Below, in pieces: positions 20,130 through 30,354 of a DNA stretch of 64,000 bases. The position numbers and the translations under genes are program-made. Under the pieces are notes generated by a model that made no database searches, was not told the DNA's origin, and was given only the letters and a program-made list of their open reading frames with translations. Every line of letters starts with the position of its first letter. Within the stretch, counting starts at the first letter, position 1. Source of the DNA: Candidatus Obscuribacteraceae bacterium (GTDB taxonomy: Bacteria > Cyanobacteriota > Vampirovibrionia > Obscuribacterales > Obscuribacteraceae); NCBI GenBank assembly GCA_044229845.1, contig JBGASG010000001.1, forward strand, positions 64,001 to 128,000, read 5' to 3'.

Positions 20130-21713
20130 CTATTCAGTGAACAGATCGGCGCCATCGTGATGCTTGAAGCTGTGCGACACTCCGAGTTCTCCGCCGACGA
20201 TCACTGCCTGATTTGTCCCAAGCGGCAGGACCTCTGGTTCGGAGCGGGCATACTTAAGTGCACCGACAAGCGAATGTGTAGTCCCTGTAGGACCAAAATG
20301 AATCAACTCTACAGTTGTGGTCAGACCGTCCTCATCGTCTAAACCCTCAGGCGCTATACCGGAGGCTACTACAATGTCTCCGTTGCCAAGCTCTCCGATA
20401 CCAGGAGCGCGCCTCGGGATCAACAAGTTACCAACTTTTGCCATCGTGTTTGTCTTTGGATCAAAGAGCTCGCATGCACCAGAGATTTGTCGACGCGAGT
20501 CCGTTCCTCCAACGATCAAAACACGTCCATCATGCAACGTCAACGTAGACGGTCCGTTGCGACCGCAATGAAGGTTCGGACCTTGTCGCTTCAGTCCAGT
20601 GTTTGGATCAACAATCCATGTTTGGTCGAACTTTTCGACTTTCGATCCGAAGTTTTCGCAGATGAAGATGTCGCCGTTTTCTAGTTCTGCTGCTGGCACA
20701 CTCCAGCCGCCGATGTTGAATTTCTCCAACACAGCACCCAGTCGCTCTTCACGGAGTTCCCTAGACTCGATGGTTTTATTGTTCACTTTGAATTGGTTCG
20801 GCCGTGTGTTTGACGTCTTACCTGAGTCAGCAGAATCGTAAAACGATCTACCACCATCGGGCACTTGCGCGAGGATCTTTCTTGCGTTCGGAAAGAAGTT
20901 TGACTTTATTGCATAACCCTCTACGAGCCTTGTCCTCCGATCGTAAGTCACCTGCAAGACCGAGTTGGGATCCCAGAAATAGTTGTTCGTCTGCAACAGG
21001 GCGTTGGCTGGCGAGTCGGGCACTTCGGAAGGTCCCAATAGTTTTTCAACGTCTGAGATGGACTTCCCCTTCAGAACATAGTGAGCTTCCAGATCGGGAA
21101 GCATCGAATGTCTGGCTTCGATCTCGTTGTGCCAGCGCTCTGGGAGGAAGGTCACTTTAGTCGGTGGGATTGAACCCAGAACCGATCCGGCGCAGGCAGC
21201 GATTAGTATGGGGAAGAGCATGATAGCCGGAATTTTGGCTACCAGGTCGAAACGCTTTTTTGACTGCCACAACAAAAAAGCGGCGATTCCGCCAGTGGTC
21301 GCACCGGACGGAAGTGCGTAAATCAAGAGGCTTAATAGGGTAAGAAAGTGGAAATGGTTGATCTCAGGATTTTCGGAGCCGGTCATGAACCACACGAAGA
21401 AACCAGTTGTTGTTGCTGTGACCGCGACCAGCGCACCATGAAGAACTCCGCAAATTACACCGTTAACGCTACGACTGCGGAGCGCCCTGTAAGAGAACCA
21501 GGAAGCAACACATACAGCAATAGTGATGGCTGGCATCACAAACATGATGCCGTTGCCGCATTTGAATCCTCCGGCAGCGAAGCCTATTTCCGTTTGAAGG
21601 AAGTTGACACCACTGTTTCTTGCGAATTCAACGGCTTCTAGCATGGTAACTAGCCATGCTAGAGTTGCTCCGACAAGTCCACCAAGGAGAAATATGCGTA
21701 GTCCGTCTGGCAT
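20130..21713 (-). CDS. Membrane protein with C-terminal Kelch-like repeats
   Basis: Several N-terminal TMs; LHDGRVLIVGG, ELFDP; start placed at MPDGL to avoid overlap with the divergent gene. Confidence 0.7.
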   Translation of the reverse strand: MPDGLRIFLLGGLVGATLAWLVTMLEAVEFARNSGVNFLQTEIGFAAGGFKCGNGIMFVMPAITIAVCVASWFSYRALRSRSVNGVICGVLHGALVAVTATTTGFFVWFMTGSENPEINHFHFLTLLSLLIYALPSGATTGGIAAFLLWQSKKRFDLVAKIPAIMLFPILIAACAGSVLGSIPPTKVTFLPERWHNEIEARHSMLPDLEAHYVLKGKSISDVEKLLGPSEVPDSPANALLQTNNYFWDPNSVLQVTYDRRTRLVEGYAIKSNFFPNARKILAQVPDGGRSFYDSADSGKTSNTRPNQFKVNNKTIESRELREERLGAVLEKFNIGGWSVPAAELENGDIFICENFGSKVEKFDQTWIVDPNTGLKRQGPNLHCGRNGPSTLTLHDGRVLIVGGTDSRRQISGACELFDPKTNTMAKVGNLLIPRRAPGIGELGNGDIVVASGIAPEGLDDEDGLTTTVELIHFGPTGTTHSLVGALKYARSEPEVLPLGTNQAVIVGGELGVSHSFKHHDGADLFTE

Positions 21714-21797
21714 GCGTACCTGAATCACCTGGGACTTAAGACTGTGTCTTGACTTGCTATCATTGTAGCGTCCCGTTGATAGTCTCGCTGGAGTGGC

Positions 21798-22859
21798 ATG
21801 AAAACTTCTCCATTGGTATCCGAACTGGAGCGCCTTCTGAAAGACTGCCGTGTGCCGGCGCTGGCAGCTGCAGCGGCGATAGGCGGCGAACTGTGCGAGG
21901 TGGCTGCCGTAGGGAAACGCCGAATTGGGAGTGACGAACAAGTTGCAGAAACGGACAAGTGGCACGTTGGGTCTTGTACGAAGCCGATGACGGCGACCCT
22001 TGCGGGTATTCTGATCGACAAGGGTGTGATGAACTGGGATACTCAGGTCGGTGTTGCATTCTCGAGTTGGAAGGCGGACATCCATGAAGGCTGGCGCTGC
22101 GTGACACTCGAGCAGTTGCTCTCTCACCATGGTGGAGCTCCGCACGACATACCTGCAGATTTGTGGTCGCGGACCTGGCAAGCGAACACGCTGCCGCCAA
22201 CGGAACAACGAATGGCTTTTGTTCGCGAGGTGCTTTCTCAGCCACCGGCCGTGGTGCCCCGCAGTAAGTACCTCTATTCAAATACTGGTTACGCTATCGC
22301 TGGACTGATGATAGAAACCTGCACTGACAGTGCCTGGGAGAAACTGCTTGGAGAGGAGGTGTTTGAGCCGCTCGGAATGAGTTCAGCAGGCTTCGGAACA
22401 CCCGGAGAGCCGGGAAGGGTGGATCACCCTTACGGACATACGCTAATTAAACGAAAACTGGTTCCTGTGGAACCTGGACCCGCAGGCGACAATCCGGCCG
22501 CCATTGGTCCAGGCGCGACAGTGCATTGTTCAATTGAACATCTTCTTCATTTTGCCGCTAGCCATGCAGGCACGAAACAGCTGGTTAGCACCGAGGTCAT
22601 GGAACGACTTCACCGACGATATGGCGCGAGTGAATACTCTTCAGGCTGGTTTGTAGTTGAACGCGATTGGGGTAAGGGTTACGTACTAAGTCACGATGGA
22701 TCAAACACCTATTGGTATGCCAGCGTCTGGATAGCCCCGTTGAGGAATGTGGCATTTGTTGCTGCCAGCAACGCACCTGCTCAAGCTGGGCAGAGGGCTT
22801 GCTGGGAGGCAATTAACGGCATGATCCGCAGACTCCTGAATGAATCGATGAGGGTTTAA
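21798..22859 (+). CDS. Serine hydrolase, beta-lactamase family
   Basis: SCTK, YSN and HDG motifs; GGAG SD. Confidence 0.9.
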   Translation: MKTSPLVSELERLLKDCRVPALAAAAAIGGELCEVAAVGKRRIGSDEQVAETDKWHVGSCTKPMTATLAGILIDKGVMNWDTQVGVAFSSWKADIHEGWRCVTLEQLLSHHGGAPHDIPADLWSRTWQANTLPPTEQRMAFVREVLSQPPAVVPRSKYLYSNTGYAIAGLMIETCTDSAWEKLLGEEVFEPLGMSSAGFGTPGEPGRVDHPYGHTLIKRKLVPVEPGPAGDNPAAIGPGATVHCSIEHLLHFAASHAGTKQLVSTEVMERLHRRYGASEYSSGWFVVERDWGKGYVLSHDGSNTYWYASVWIAPLRNVAFVAASNAPAQAGQRACWEAINGMIRRLLNESMRV

Positions 22860-23290
22860 AGATTCGCCGCGGCTTTCAGTTTCTTGCAAAGTTCGCCGGT
22901 TCGTAAGAAGTTCACGATCATGAAGAAACCGCCGATGTTGATTCGAACGACAGAAATGAACAAGGTGCCGCCGGAGTGCTCCACCTTAAGCATTCTTCCC
23001 GTGCCGTGGAGTCGAAACAGTTCCACGTTCGTGATGTTCGAAAATGGAACCGCGATGTCGTCATCTCCAGTGATGTGCATCTCGGAATCAGATAGAACCA
23101 AGGATCCAGATCGGGCCTTAGTTTTGAGGTCGACTGTCTCACCAACGTGGTATGCGACTTTGTATTTCAATTCTGATCGCTTTGTAGGGACATCTATTGT
23201 AGTCCGCTGACTCAGGATACGTCTGTGGATTTTCTCAACCTGGGACTGAATCTGCAAACACCTGGCTGGACGGATCGGCAAACCGAACAC
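22856..23290 (-). CDS. Hypothetical protein (PH-like beta domain); start probably near 23170
   Basis: ORF fills the gap; beta-rich pattern. Confidence 0.5.
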   Translation of the reverse strand: MFGLPIRPARCLQIQSQVEKIHRRILSQRTTIDVPTKRSELKYKVAYHVGETVDLKTKARSGSLVLSDSEMHITGDDDIAVPFSNITNVELFRLHGTGRMLKVEHSGGTLFISVVRINIGGFFMIVNFLRTGELCKKLKAAANL

Positions 23291-23391
23291 TTAAAGAAGT
23301 GTACTGGTCCGGCTCGCGGTGCCGATAAAGCCGCATAGAATCGCCGTGTTTCGTTCACCAAAGCTGCCTGAGCACGTCGAAAGGAGGGCGC

Positions 23392-24693
23392 ATGGCACGT
23401 TTGAAGTCATTGTTGGCAGTACTAACGTGTGGTCTAGTCGCGAGCGGCAACGTTGTCCAAGCCTCCGACAACCGTTCGATGCAGGCGACCAGCATCACCC
23501 CGTTCCAAGTTCAGAACACAGCAACTCCTCGTCCGCCGTTTGTTGAGAAGTATCTGGTGGAAGGCACCTTGCAGAGTGGCGAGATGGCGGCCCGGGCAAG
23601 GCTGGATGAGTGCCCGCGCGATGATCAACTTCGATTTGGTTTGGGGATGTTGCAGTTCATTGGTGCCATCGAGGGGTTAGTTCAGGATCTGTACCGGTAC
23701 GGTTTGCGAACTGAATATGGTGGAGAGTTCAACTTGCCTTTTCCGAAGAACCCCCATCCCACAGCTCTGACCTATGACCTTTGCCGGCAATCGGTCGAGG
23801 AATTCCGTTCAAGGCTGGAACAGGCTGAGAGAACATTGGCAGGCATTACAGACACTGATGTGAAACTTCCTATTCATTTCGGTTTGATCAGACTGAATTT
23901 TGATGATGAGCCGCAGAGTGCTGGTAAGTCCGAGTCATTGTGGAAACTGTATGCGCAGCTGACAAGAACCAGGCAAGTCACAGAAGTTGCCTCAGAGCGC
24001 TTCTACATCACGTTTGATCGAGGTGATGTGCACTGGTTGCGCGGATACTGCCACCTCGTGATGGCGGTGTGTGATTCGATCCTGGCTTACGACTGCAAGG
24101 AGACGTTCGACCACACCGCGCACCTGTTCTTTGAGAGGACCGATACGCCGTATGCATTTCTGCGCAGACACGATTCAGGTCACAAACTTCTCGATCACGA
24201 ACTGGATGACATCTTTGACCTCGTAGCTCTCATTCATTTGATAAAGTGGCAAGTTAGAGAGCCGGCGCGAATGGAGTCTGCTCTGCACCATCTCGAGGCA
24301 GTTGTGGCGCAGAGCCGTTTAACTTGGAAGTCGATCATGGCTGAAGGCGACGATGATCACGAGTGGTTGCCCAATCCTGAGCAGAGTGGTGCCCTTCCCA
24401 ACATGAACGTGACGAAAGAGATGGTGGTGTCATGGAACCAGATGATGGACGACGTCGATCGGATGCTTGCAGGTAAGTTGCTGATTCCGTTCTGGCGAGG
24501 CGGTGAGCGGCGTGGGCTGAATTTGCGGAAAGTGTTTTTGCAACCGCGCGAATTTGACCTGGTGCTATGGTTTCAGGGTTCCGCTGCGGCGCCATACCTG
24601 GAAAACGGTCCCACTGCTAATACCCGCAGATGGGGCGAAAACATGAATGCGTTTGAACACAACTTCCCCGGCTTTGCACTTTGGTTCAATTAG
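23392..24693 (+). CDS. Secreted hypothetical protein
   Basis: AGGAGG SD; signal peptide; 433-aa ORF. Confidence 0.8.
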   Translation: MARLKSLLAVLTCGLVASGNVVQASDNRSMQATSITPFQVQNTATPRPPFVEKYLVEGTLQSGEMAARARLDECPRDDQLRFGLGMLQFIGAIEGLVQDLYRYGLRTEYGGEFNLPFPKNPHPTALTYDLCRQSVEEFRSRLEQAERTLAGITDTDVKLPIHFGLIRLNFDDEPQSAGKSESLWKLYAQLTRTRQVTEVASERFYITFDRGDVHWLRGYCHLVMAVCDSILAYDCKETFDHTAHLFFERTDTPYAFLRRHDSGHKLLDHELDDIFDLVALIHLIKWQVREPARMESALHHLEAVVAQSRLTWKSIMAEGDDDHEWLPNPEQSGALPNMNVTKEMVVSWNQMMDDVDRMLAGKLLIPFWRGGERRGLNLRKVFLQPREFDLVLWFQGSAAAPYLENGPTANTRRWGENMNAFEHNFPGFALWFN

Positions 24694-24708
24694 AGCCCTG
24701 AATCAAGG

Positions 24709-25059
24709 TCACGTCCAGCGTCCGCGTAGCCGTTCTGCGACCTGAAGCATTAACGGCTCTGAGAACGTCCCGATAGTGGCGACCAGCATGTCTTTAGGGA
24801 TTGCTGCGATGACGGAACAATCGATGTAGGAATTGAGCCGCAAACCGCCGGACTTCCCGTCTTCGCTGTCCTTTTTGACTGGTATGCACCAATATGCAGA
24901 CTGTCTAGTGGAGATGATGGGGAGAGCGAGAACTTCATCCCGAGTTCTATGTGGTTCGTCGGCCGAAACAATGACTGCCGGTCTCCGCTTTATCGTTGAC
25001 GTCCCGGCGGTATCAGTGTATTCCATTGCTACTAGAACTACGTCGCCTCTTTCGACCAT
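24709..25059 (-). CDS. PemK/MazF family toxin
   Basis: RGDVVLV, KRRPAVIVS, GL...SYIDC, IG. Confidence 0.88.
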   Translation of the reverse strand: MVERGDVVLVAMEYTDTAGTSTIKRRPAVIVSADEPHRTRDEVLALPIISTRQSAYWCIPVKKDSEDGKSGGLRLNSYIDCSVIAAIPKDMLVATIGTFSEPLMLQVAERLRGRWT

Positions 25060-25232
25060 GTTTCACCTTTTCGCGATTCTAACTGCCATTCTATCGTCCA
25101 TCACTCCCGTACGGTTTCCACAGCGTTTGATTGTTTCGTAGCGGCGTTTTTAGGCCCCCGCTGATAAGATGTTATCGATTCGACCACCCTGAGAGCGAGA
25201 TAGCAGATCACACAGGGGTTCGACCAGAAGGG

Positions 25233-25652
25233 ATGAAGATGCTGTGGGAAAAAGAAGCAGAGAAGTATGGCGCTGACGTAGAGCGCGTTCAGGTGTGGGA
25301 TGCTCTGTCCGAATTCTATTTGGATTCCTACAGAACAAATGAGGATGTTGAACGCATTGCGCAAGTATTGGCCCGGTCGCCCTTCTCCGTCGATGAGCTG
25401 CGCCATATTGAACTATTCGAGGTGGATTCGGTCTGCTGGATTAACCTTCAACCGCTTGTCGGTGGCGAGTGGTGCGGCTTTTCGCCAGATTGGCTAATTC
25501 CTAAGTGTTTGGAGCAGTCCCGCAAGCATCCCTACGGTCCACATCAATCGCGATCACTCCGGGGCAAATTTTGGCGATTGATTATCTTGTCAAACATTCC
25601 AGTGAAGCGGATTGAGCAGCTACGTAGTGAAGGACTCACGTCGCCGACATAG
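25233..25652 (+). CDS. Hypothetical protein
   Basis: 'R..VW.ALSE.YLD', 'S.FS..EL..I...EV', 'GEW.GF..DWL' pattern; start uncertain. Confidence 0.65.
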   Translation: MKMLWEKEAEKYGADVERVQVWDALSEFYLDSYRTNEDVERIAQVLARSPFSVDELRHIELFEVDSVCWINLQPLVGGEWCGFSPDWLIPKCLEQSRKHPYGPHQSRSLRGKFWRLIILSNIPVKRIEQLRSEGLTSPT

Positions 25653-25672
25653 CGTCCTCGACGTTCAGCGAG

Positions 25673-26002
25673 CTATTCCGCACCACCTGAGTCGCTGCGG
25701 GGACGGCGGGCGCGTTGCGTTAAAGCTTTCTCCTGGATGAGAAGAACGTCGGCGATGCTGATGCCGAACTTCTCTGAGAGTTCTTCAACAGTGTGTGGAC
25801 GACCGCCCTTCAGCCCTATGCGATATTTCAACAGGTCGCGTTCAGTCGAAGTGAGGCTGGGGAAGAAGGGGCTGTCTTTAGTGCTGATCCTGCGGCGGAT
25901 CCAGATGACATCGACATGAGCCATGCCGATTTCACCCTGAATGGAAAACCGAATGTAGTCGATGAAGAAGCTGATTTCTTCTAAGAGATGCATCTGGTCC
26001 AC
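25673..26002 (-). CDS. Stand-alone sigma-70 region 4 domain protein
   Basis: LTSTERDLLKYRIGLKGGRPHTVEELSEKFGIS...IQEKAL; start may be 25924. Confidence 0.75.
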   Translation of the reverse strand: MDQMHLLEEISFFIDYIRFSIQGEIGMAHVDVIWIRRRISTKDSPFFPSLTSTERDLLKYRIGLKGGRPHTVEELSEKFGISIADVLLIQEKALTQRARRPRSDSGGAE

Positions 26003-26049
26003 ATTCTACGGTCTCAGTCGATATTGGACAAGGAGGCGAAGCTCCAAAT

Positions 26050-27063
26050 TCAGTGATTGTCCATTGCAAAGTCAACAATGACTGGGAAATGATCAGAACC
26101 AAAACTCGGACCGAGCGTTCGGTCTGTCACCCGGATATTGCCTCTGACGAAACAATTGTCGATCGGCAGCAGTGGAATAATGGTTTTCTTCTGAGTAGGC
26201 CAGCTCAGTTGAATTCCGCGCCCGAGTCTGGTGTCGAGCAGCTTTGCGTCGCTGACGACGCCACTAAGCGGATAGCACCAGCTCGCCGTGTTCATGTCGC
26301 CGCAAAGAATCACGTTCTCTCCGCTTCCCTGCAAAAACTCGCGCACGCCTGCGGCATCATCCAGATGCATCTTGTAGTAGCGCGGCGAAACAGGTCCCTG
26401 CAAGTGAGTATGCACCACGCTGACGATTCGATTGCCGAAGTCCAGATCAACTTTGATGAGCGGATGCTTTCGCTCACCAAATTCCTTGGTAATCGATTCT
26501 CGTATGGGAATACGAGAGAAAACACCGTTGCCGTAAGTATCCTCACGTGGAGCTATGCGCTGATACGGGTATTCTTTCAGCACTGGATTTAGGGCATTGA
26601 GCCAGAGCGGCGTTAATTCTTCGATGACAATCACATCTGGATTGGTGTTCTTGATGAATTCAGCCGCGTCGGCATGTCGCCGGTTGATGTATTCAACATT
26701 CATTTCAAGAAGCCGCAGTTTAGTCAAGTTCGCCGCATTGGAGCTGCTCGCGAGAGCTTGTGGTAGGTAAAAGGAGTGCAGTCCGGTGCCAAACACATTC
26801 ATCAACAACGAAAGTGCAGACATGGCGAACAGACGTTTGTCCCGGCGCAAACCTGTCCAAACCAAGCAAACAAGCCCCAGCCACAAGTACTGAACACGAA
26901 ACTGATTCAAGAGAAACAGCAACCAATTAAATCTGTCAAGAAACGCAAGCGTGGAGACGAGAAGCAATCCTGCAACCAGCAGCGTCAACAACTTCTTTTG
27001 GAGAGTTGAATTTCCCGGGGCACGTTCTGAATTCTTCCAGTGCACAGTGAGACCGGACCTCAA
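26050..27063 (-). CDS. Endonuclease/exonuclease/phosphatase family membrane protein
   Basis: NV, PDVIVIEE, GDMN, GSDHFPV; N-terminal TMs. Confidence 0.9.
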   Translation of the reverse strand: MRSGLTVHWKNSERAPGNSTLQKKLLTLLVAGLLLVSTLAFLDRFNWLLFLLNQFRVQYLWLGLVCLVWTGLRRDKRLFAMSALSLLMNVFGTGLHSFYLPQALASSSNAANLTKLRLLEMNVEYINRRHADAAEFIKNTNPDVIVIEELTPLWLNALNPVLKEYPYQRIAPREDTYGNGVFSRIPIRESITKEFGERKHPLIKVDLDFGNRIVSVVHTHLQGPVSPRYYKMHLDDAAGVREFLQGSGENVILCGDMNTASWCYPLSGVVSDAKLLDTRLGRGIQLSWPTQKKTIIPLLPIDNCFVRGNIRVTDRTLGPSFGSDHFPVIVDFAMDNH

Positions 27064-27255
27064 TCAGTGATATCAGAGCAAGTCATCGGCAGCCTCATTG
27101 AAGTATGATCTGATCAAGGACTTTGCGCAACAACAGGTGGATATTATTGTGACTGAGATTGAGCGATTGCGGGTTCCAATGCAGCGCATCACATATTGCG
27201 TTCACCAACGAATTGAACAACGAAATAAAATTGCTGGCTCTGATCGGACCCGCGC

Positions 27256-27774
27256 ATGAGCGGAAAAAAGATAATCATCATCGCGGGTCCGAATGGTGCA
27301 GGCAAAACAACATTTGCGCGCGAGTTCTTGCCCCACGAAGCTGGCTGCCCTATATTTGTAAATGCAGATCTGATTGCTGCCGGCTTGTCACCTTTCCGTC
27401 CCGAGCTGGCAGCTGTTAAAGCCGACCGGCTGATGCTGGAGCAGATAGTCGAACACGCCAACCGCGGGGACAGCTTTGCTTTCGAAACAACGTTGTCCGG
27501 GAGCGCCTATGTGCGGCGAATCCGGCAGTGGCGTGGCAATGGCTTCGTCGTGTTGCTCTTCCTCTCTCTGGCGAGCCCAGAGGAGGCGATTGCCCGAGTG
27601 TTGGAGCGTGTGGCGCAAGGTGGGCACGACGTGCCGGTTGAAGTGATTCGGCGGCGGTTTGCCTCTGGCTTACAGAATTTTGAGACTTTATATCGGGATG
27701 AGGTGGATGTTTGGCGGCTGTATGATAATAGTGGTGACGCGCCCAATTTAATTTCGGAAGGAAGTAGCCTGTGA
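27256..27774 (+). CDS. Zeta-toxin-family / predicted P-loop ATPase
   Basis: AGPNGAGKTT, VNADLIA, FAFETTLS, RVAQGGH. Confidence 0.88.
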   Translation: MSGKKIIIIAGPNGAGKTTFAREFLPHEAGCPIFVNADLIAAGLSPFRPELAAVKADRLMLEQIVEHANRGDSFAFETTLSGSAYVRRIRQWRGNGFVVLLFLSLASPEEAIARVLERVAQGGHDVPVEVIRRRFASGLQNFETLYRDEVDVWRLYDNSGDAPNLISEGSSL

Positions 27775-27953
27775 GTCCCGAAGAGCAAAACGAACTGAAG
27801 ATGCTTCTCGATGGCGCTACTGCAGCATTGAACCGCGCGGCGCAACGCGCCAGGGACCTGGCCAGGCAAACAGGCACGAAGATTGTGGTAATGCGCGATG
27901 GTGAGATGGTGAAAGAGACACCATCGGCTGATCGGAGTGCGGAGAGCGCGTAA
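27771..27953 (+). CDS. Small hypothetical partner of the zeta-like ATPase
   Basis: GTGA overlap; AL.RAA.RA...A.QTGT.IVV.RDG pattern. Confidence 0.7.
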   Translation: MSPEEQNELKMLLDGATAALNRAAQRARDLARQTGTKIVVMRDGEMVKETPSADRSAESA

Positions 27954-28110
27954 CAAGGCGCCGTGACTAAGTTAGTTGATCGAGTCTTCGACGAGACCGG
28001 GGACGAAATTTTGCACCATAGTCGCTGGCGAATCGAAGACGACTACAACAGAAGTTTAAATCGGTCGACTTCCAGCCTCACGATTTGATTCCTAAATTGA
28101 AGGCCGAAGC

Positions 28111-28162
28111 CTGAAACCATCGGGACGATAGGATTTGAACCTACGACCTACTGCTCCCAAAG
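28111..28162. repeat. att direct repeat (duplicated 3' part of tRNA-Pro)
   Basis: CTGAAACCATCGGGACG...CTCCCAAAG is identical to 43180-43231. Confidence 0.95.
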
Positions 28163-28270
28163 TAGCAGATATCGATTCTATACGCTTTGCGGCGACTTGA
28201 ACAGTCTGCAAAAAGCCCATAAAATGGCGATTCTTGTTCGCGGTGTCTTGAGGTGCCTGGAAATGGTCTG

Positions 28271-28288
28271 GGTACACAGTGGGTACAA
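28271..28288. other. Candidate integrase arm-type site
   Basis: GGTACACAGTGGGTACAA; 17/18 identical to 43147-43164. Confidence 0.6.
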
Positions 28289-28320
28289 GGCGCTGCGACC
28301 TACTGCTTCGGAGCCGTCTG

Positions 28321-29592
28321 ATGCCAAACATCACTAAATCTTTCGTCGACAAACTGCCGCCTTCCGCCCCGGGTAAGGCGGATTTCCATTTCGACGACTC
28401 CCTTAAGGGGTTCGGCGTGCGGGTGAGCGGGTCGACGAAGACCTATATTGTTCAGGCGTACGTGGAAGGAAAGAAGGAGAGGCTCTCTATCGGTCGCCAT
28501 GGCGTTGTGACTGTAGACTACGCCCGCAGGGAAGCGATTAAGCGCTTAGGCGAGATGGCGGCGGGCGAGAGCCCTTCCGCAAAGAAGAGAAGCCGCGAGG
28601 TCTCCGAGACTACCCTGCGTGAGCTGTTTCAAGAGTACAAACGGACGAGGGAAGCCAGCGGCGGTCTCCGCCCGAAGACCGTCAGCATATATGAGGGTGC
28701 CCTTGTTCGCTGCTTCTCTGACTGGCTCGATTTGCCTGTTGTGCAGATTACGGGCGCGATGGTGCTGAGTCGCTTTCAGGAAATCGCCACGACTGAAGGT
28801 ACGCGCAGCAACACGGGCGGCGCTAAAGCTCAAGCGGCTCAAGCGTTCCGGGTGCTGCGCAGCCTGCTGAACTATGCAAAGGACACTTACGAAGACTCCG
28901 AGGGCAAGCCGTTTTTCCAGTCCAACCCGGTGGACAAACTAACGAAAGTCCATCGCGGATGGAGCAGGGTGGCACCGCGCAATGATGTTATCGATCCGAC
29001 GGATTTGGCAGAGTGGTATCACGCCATTCTGAAGCTGAGAAGTGATACCGCTCGGGACTTCCTTTTGTTCTGTCTCTTTACGGGACTTCGCCGGACTGCC
29101 GCTTCTAAATTGAAATGGTCCAATGTCAACTTCAAAGCGAAGACGCTATTCATCCCGGCGACCGACGACAAAACCGGCAAGGAACAGAAACTTCCGGCGC
29201 CCGAGTTCGTGCTGCAACTGCTGCACGGACGGAAGGCATCCCCCACGGTCGACATAACGTACGTCTTCCCTGGCGATAATCCTGGAACGCATTTTCAGGA
29301 GCCGAAAAGTGCAATCGCAATGGTCAAGGCGCGCTCGGGGGTTAGTTTCTCCACGCACACACTGCGGAGGACGTTTGCCACCGTAGCTAGCAAGAGAGAA
29401 CTCGCGATTCCATACTACGCGGTCAAGAATCTATTGAACCACTCCGTGAGCGGCGATGTGACCGGACATCATTACGTACAAATAGATGTAGAGGATCTGC
29501 GAGAGCCTATGGAAGCCATAGCCGCTTATCTACAAGAGCGAATGAATGTACCGACAGAACAACTGTCTGGCACCATATCCGGTGCGCAATAA
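28321..29592 (+). CDS. Tyrosine integrase with N-terminal arm-binding domain
   Basis: LKGFGVRV, TGLR, HTLRRTFAT, LLNH, HY. Confidence 0.95.
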   Translation: MPNITKSFVDKLPPSAPGKADFHFDDSLKGFGVRVSGSTKTYIVQAYVEGKKERLSIGRHGVVTVDYARREAIKRLGEMAAGESPSAKKRSREVSETTLRELFQEYKRTREASGGLRPKTVSIYEGALVRCFSDWLDLPVVQITGAMVLSRFQEIATTEGTRSNTGGAKAQAAQAFRVLRSLLNYAKDTYEDSEGKPFFQSNPVDKLTKVHRGWSRVAPRNDVIDPTDLAEWYHAILKLRSDTARDFLLFCLFTGLRRTAASKLKWSNVNFKAKTLFIPATDDKTGKEQKLPAPEFVLQLLHGRKASPTVDITYVFPGDNPGTHFQEPKSAIAMVKARSGVSFSTHTLRRTFATVASKRELAIPYYAVKNLLNHSVSGDVTGHHYVQIDVEDLREPMEAIAAYLQERMNVPTEQLSGTISGAQ

Positions 29593-30267
29593 GTGACGTC
29601 TCAAATAGACTCGCCCAGAAAACTACTCCTCGGCATGGGACTCCCGGCGGAGGCTGTGGAGGAAGTGCTGGGTTTAGCGCATGTGTATCAAAAGATTTGG
29701 CTACCCGTGACGTCAATCAGCAGAGAGCAGCGTGCCGAATTCGCAGCGCGTTTACTTCCAGCCCTAGAAACGATTCGAGAATTGGCTGCTGAGCAGAATG
29801 CAGATATCTGGGCACTAACACTCGCTGAGAGCGTGAAGCGCGATTGGGTGAGGGATGCTGAACATCATGTTATATCTCTCGCGGACGCGTTTTCTCCGAG
29901 CGCGCGAGATGTTTACGCTCGCCTTAATGAATCCAGACGAATACTGTCTGAGGAAGCGGAGCTGCTAGTCGCAATGGTGAGCGAGTCCCATCGAGCGCTT
30001 GTGAAAACGCGAAAGCAATTCGACCAACGGTCGCGCTATAGCCTCGCCGGACTAGTGGCAAGAGCGCTGCGCCGCCATGACGTGGACGTGCCCAAGCCGC
30101 GTCCAGAACGGAAAACCACCTATACGCTCGTCCTACAGGCGATTTTTTGTGACATTCTGAAAGATGTGAACAAGAACAGCAACCGGAACGGGCTATTCAC
30201 CGTCGCCTTAGAGGGATACAAGCGGTACATAACGGACAGCTGGCCAGAAACTCCTTTTGAAAAATAG
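29593..30267 (+). CDS. Hypothetical protein
   Basis: Begins immediately after the integrase stop; 224 aa. Confidence 0.65.
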   Translation: MTSQIDSPRKLLLGMGLPAEAVEEVLGLAHVYQKIWLPVTSISREQRAEFAARLLPALETIRELAAEQNADIWALTLAESVKRDWVRDAEHHVISLADAFSPSARDVYARLNESRRILSEEAELLVAMVSESHRALVKTRKQFDQRSRYSLAGLVARALRRHDVDVPKPRPERKTTYTLVLQAIFCDILKDVNKNSNRNGLFTVALEGYKRYITDSWPETPFEK

Positions 30268-30348
30268 GGAGGAGTTCGTGGCGCGGATGAGCGTCTGGAC
30301 TCCTCCCTTGATCAGGACTGACAATCCTCGCATTGTTTAGCGAGGATT
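30267..30348 (+). promoter_or_regulatory. Two hairpins ahead of alpA, the second hiding its SD
   Basis: GGGAGGAGT/ACTCCTCCC (30267-30307) and AATCCTCGC/GCGAGGATT (30323-30348). Confidence 0.55.
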
Positions 30349-30354
30349 TTGATT

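Noticed and set aside
21714..22208. N-terminal extension of the Kelch ORF
   Set aside because: Overlaps the clearly real beta-lactamase-family gene on the opposite strand
14400..28000. Integron cassette array
   Set aside because: Genes are in mixed orientation and I saw no attC-like sites or IntI
28111..28162. Second tRNA-Pro gene
   Set aside because: Only the 3' part is present; the 5' acceptor strand and D-arm are missing, so it is an att copy
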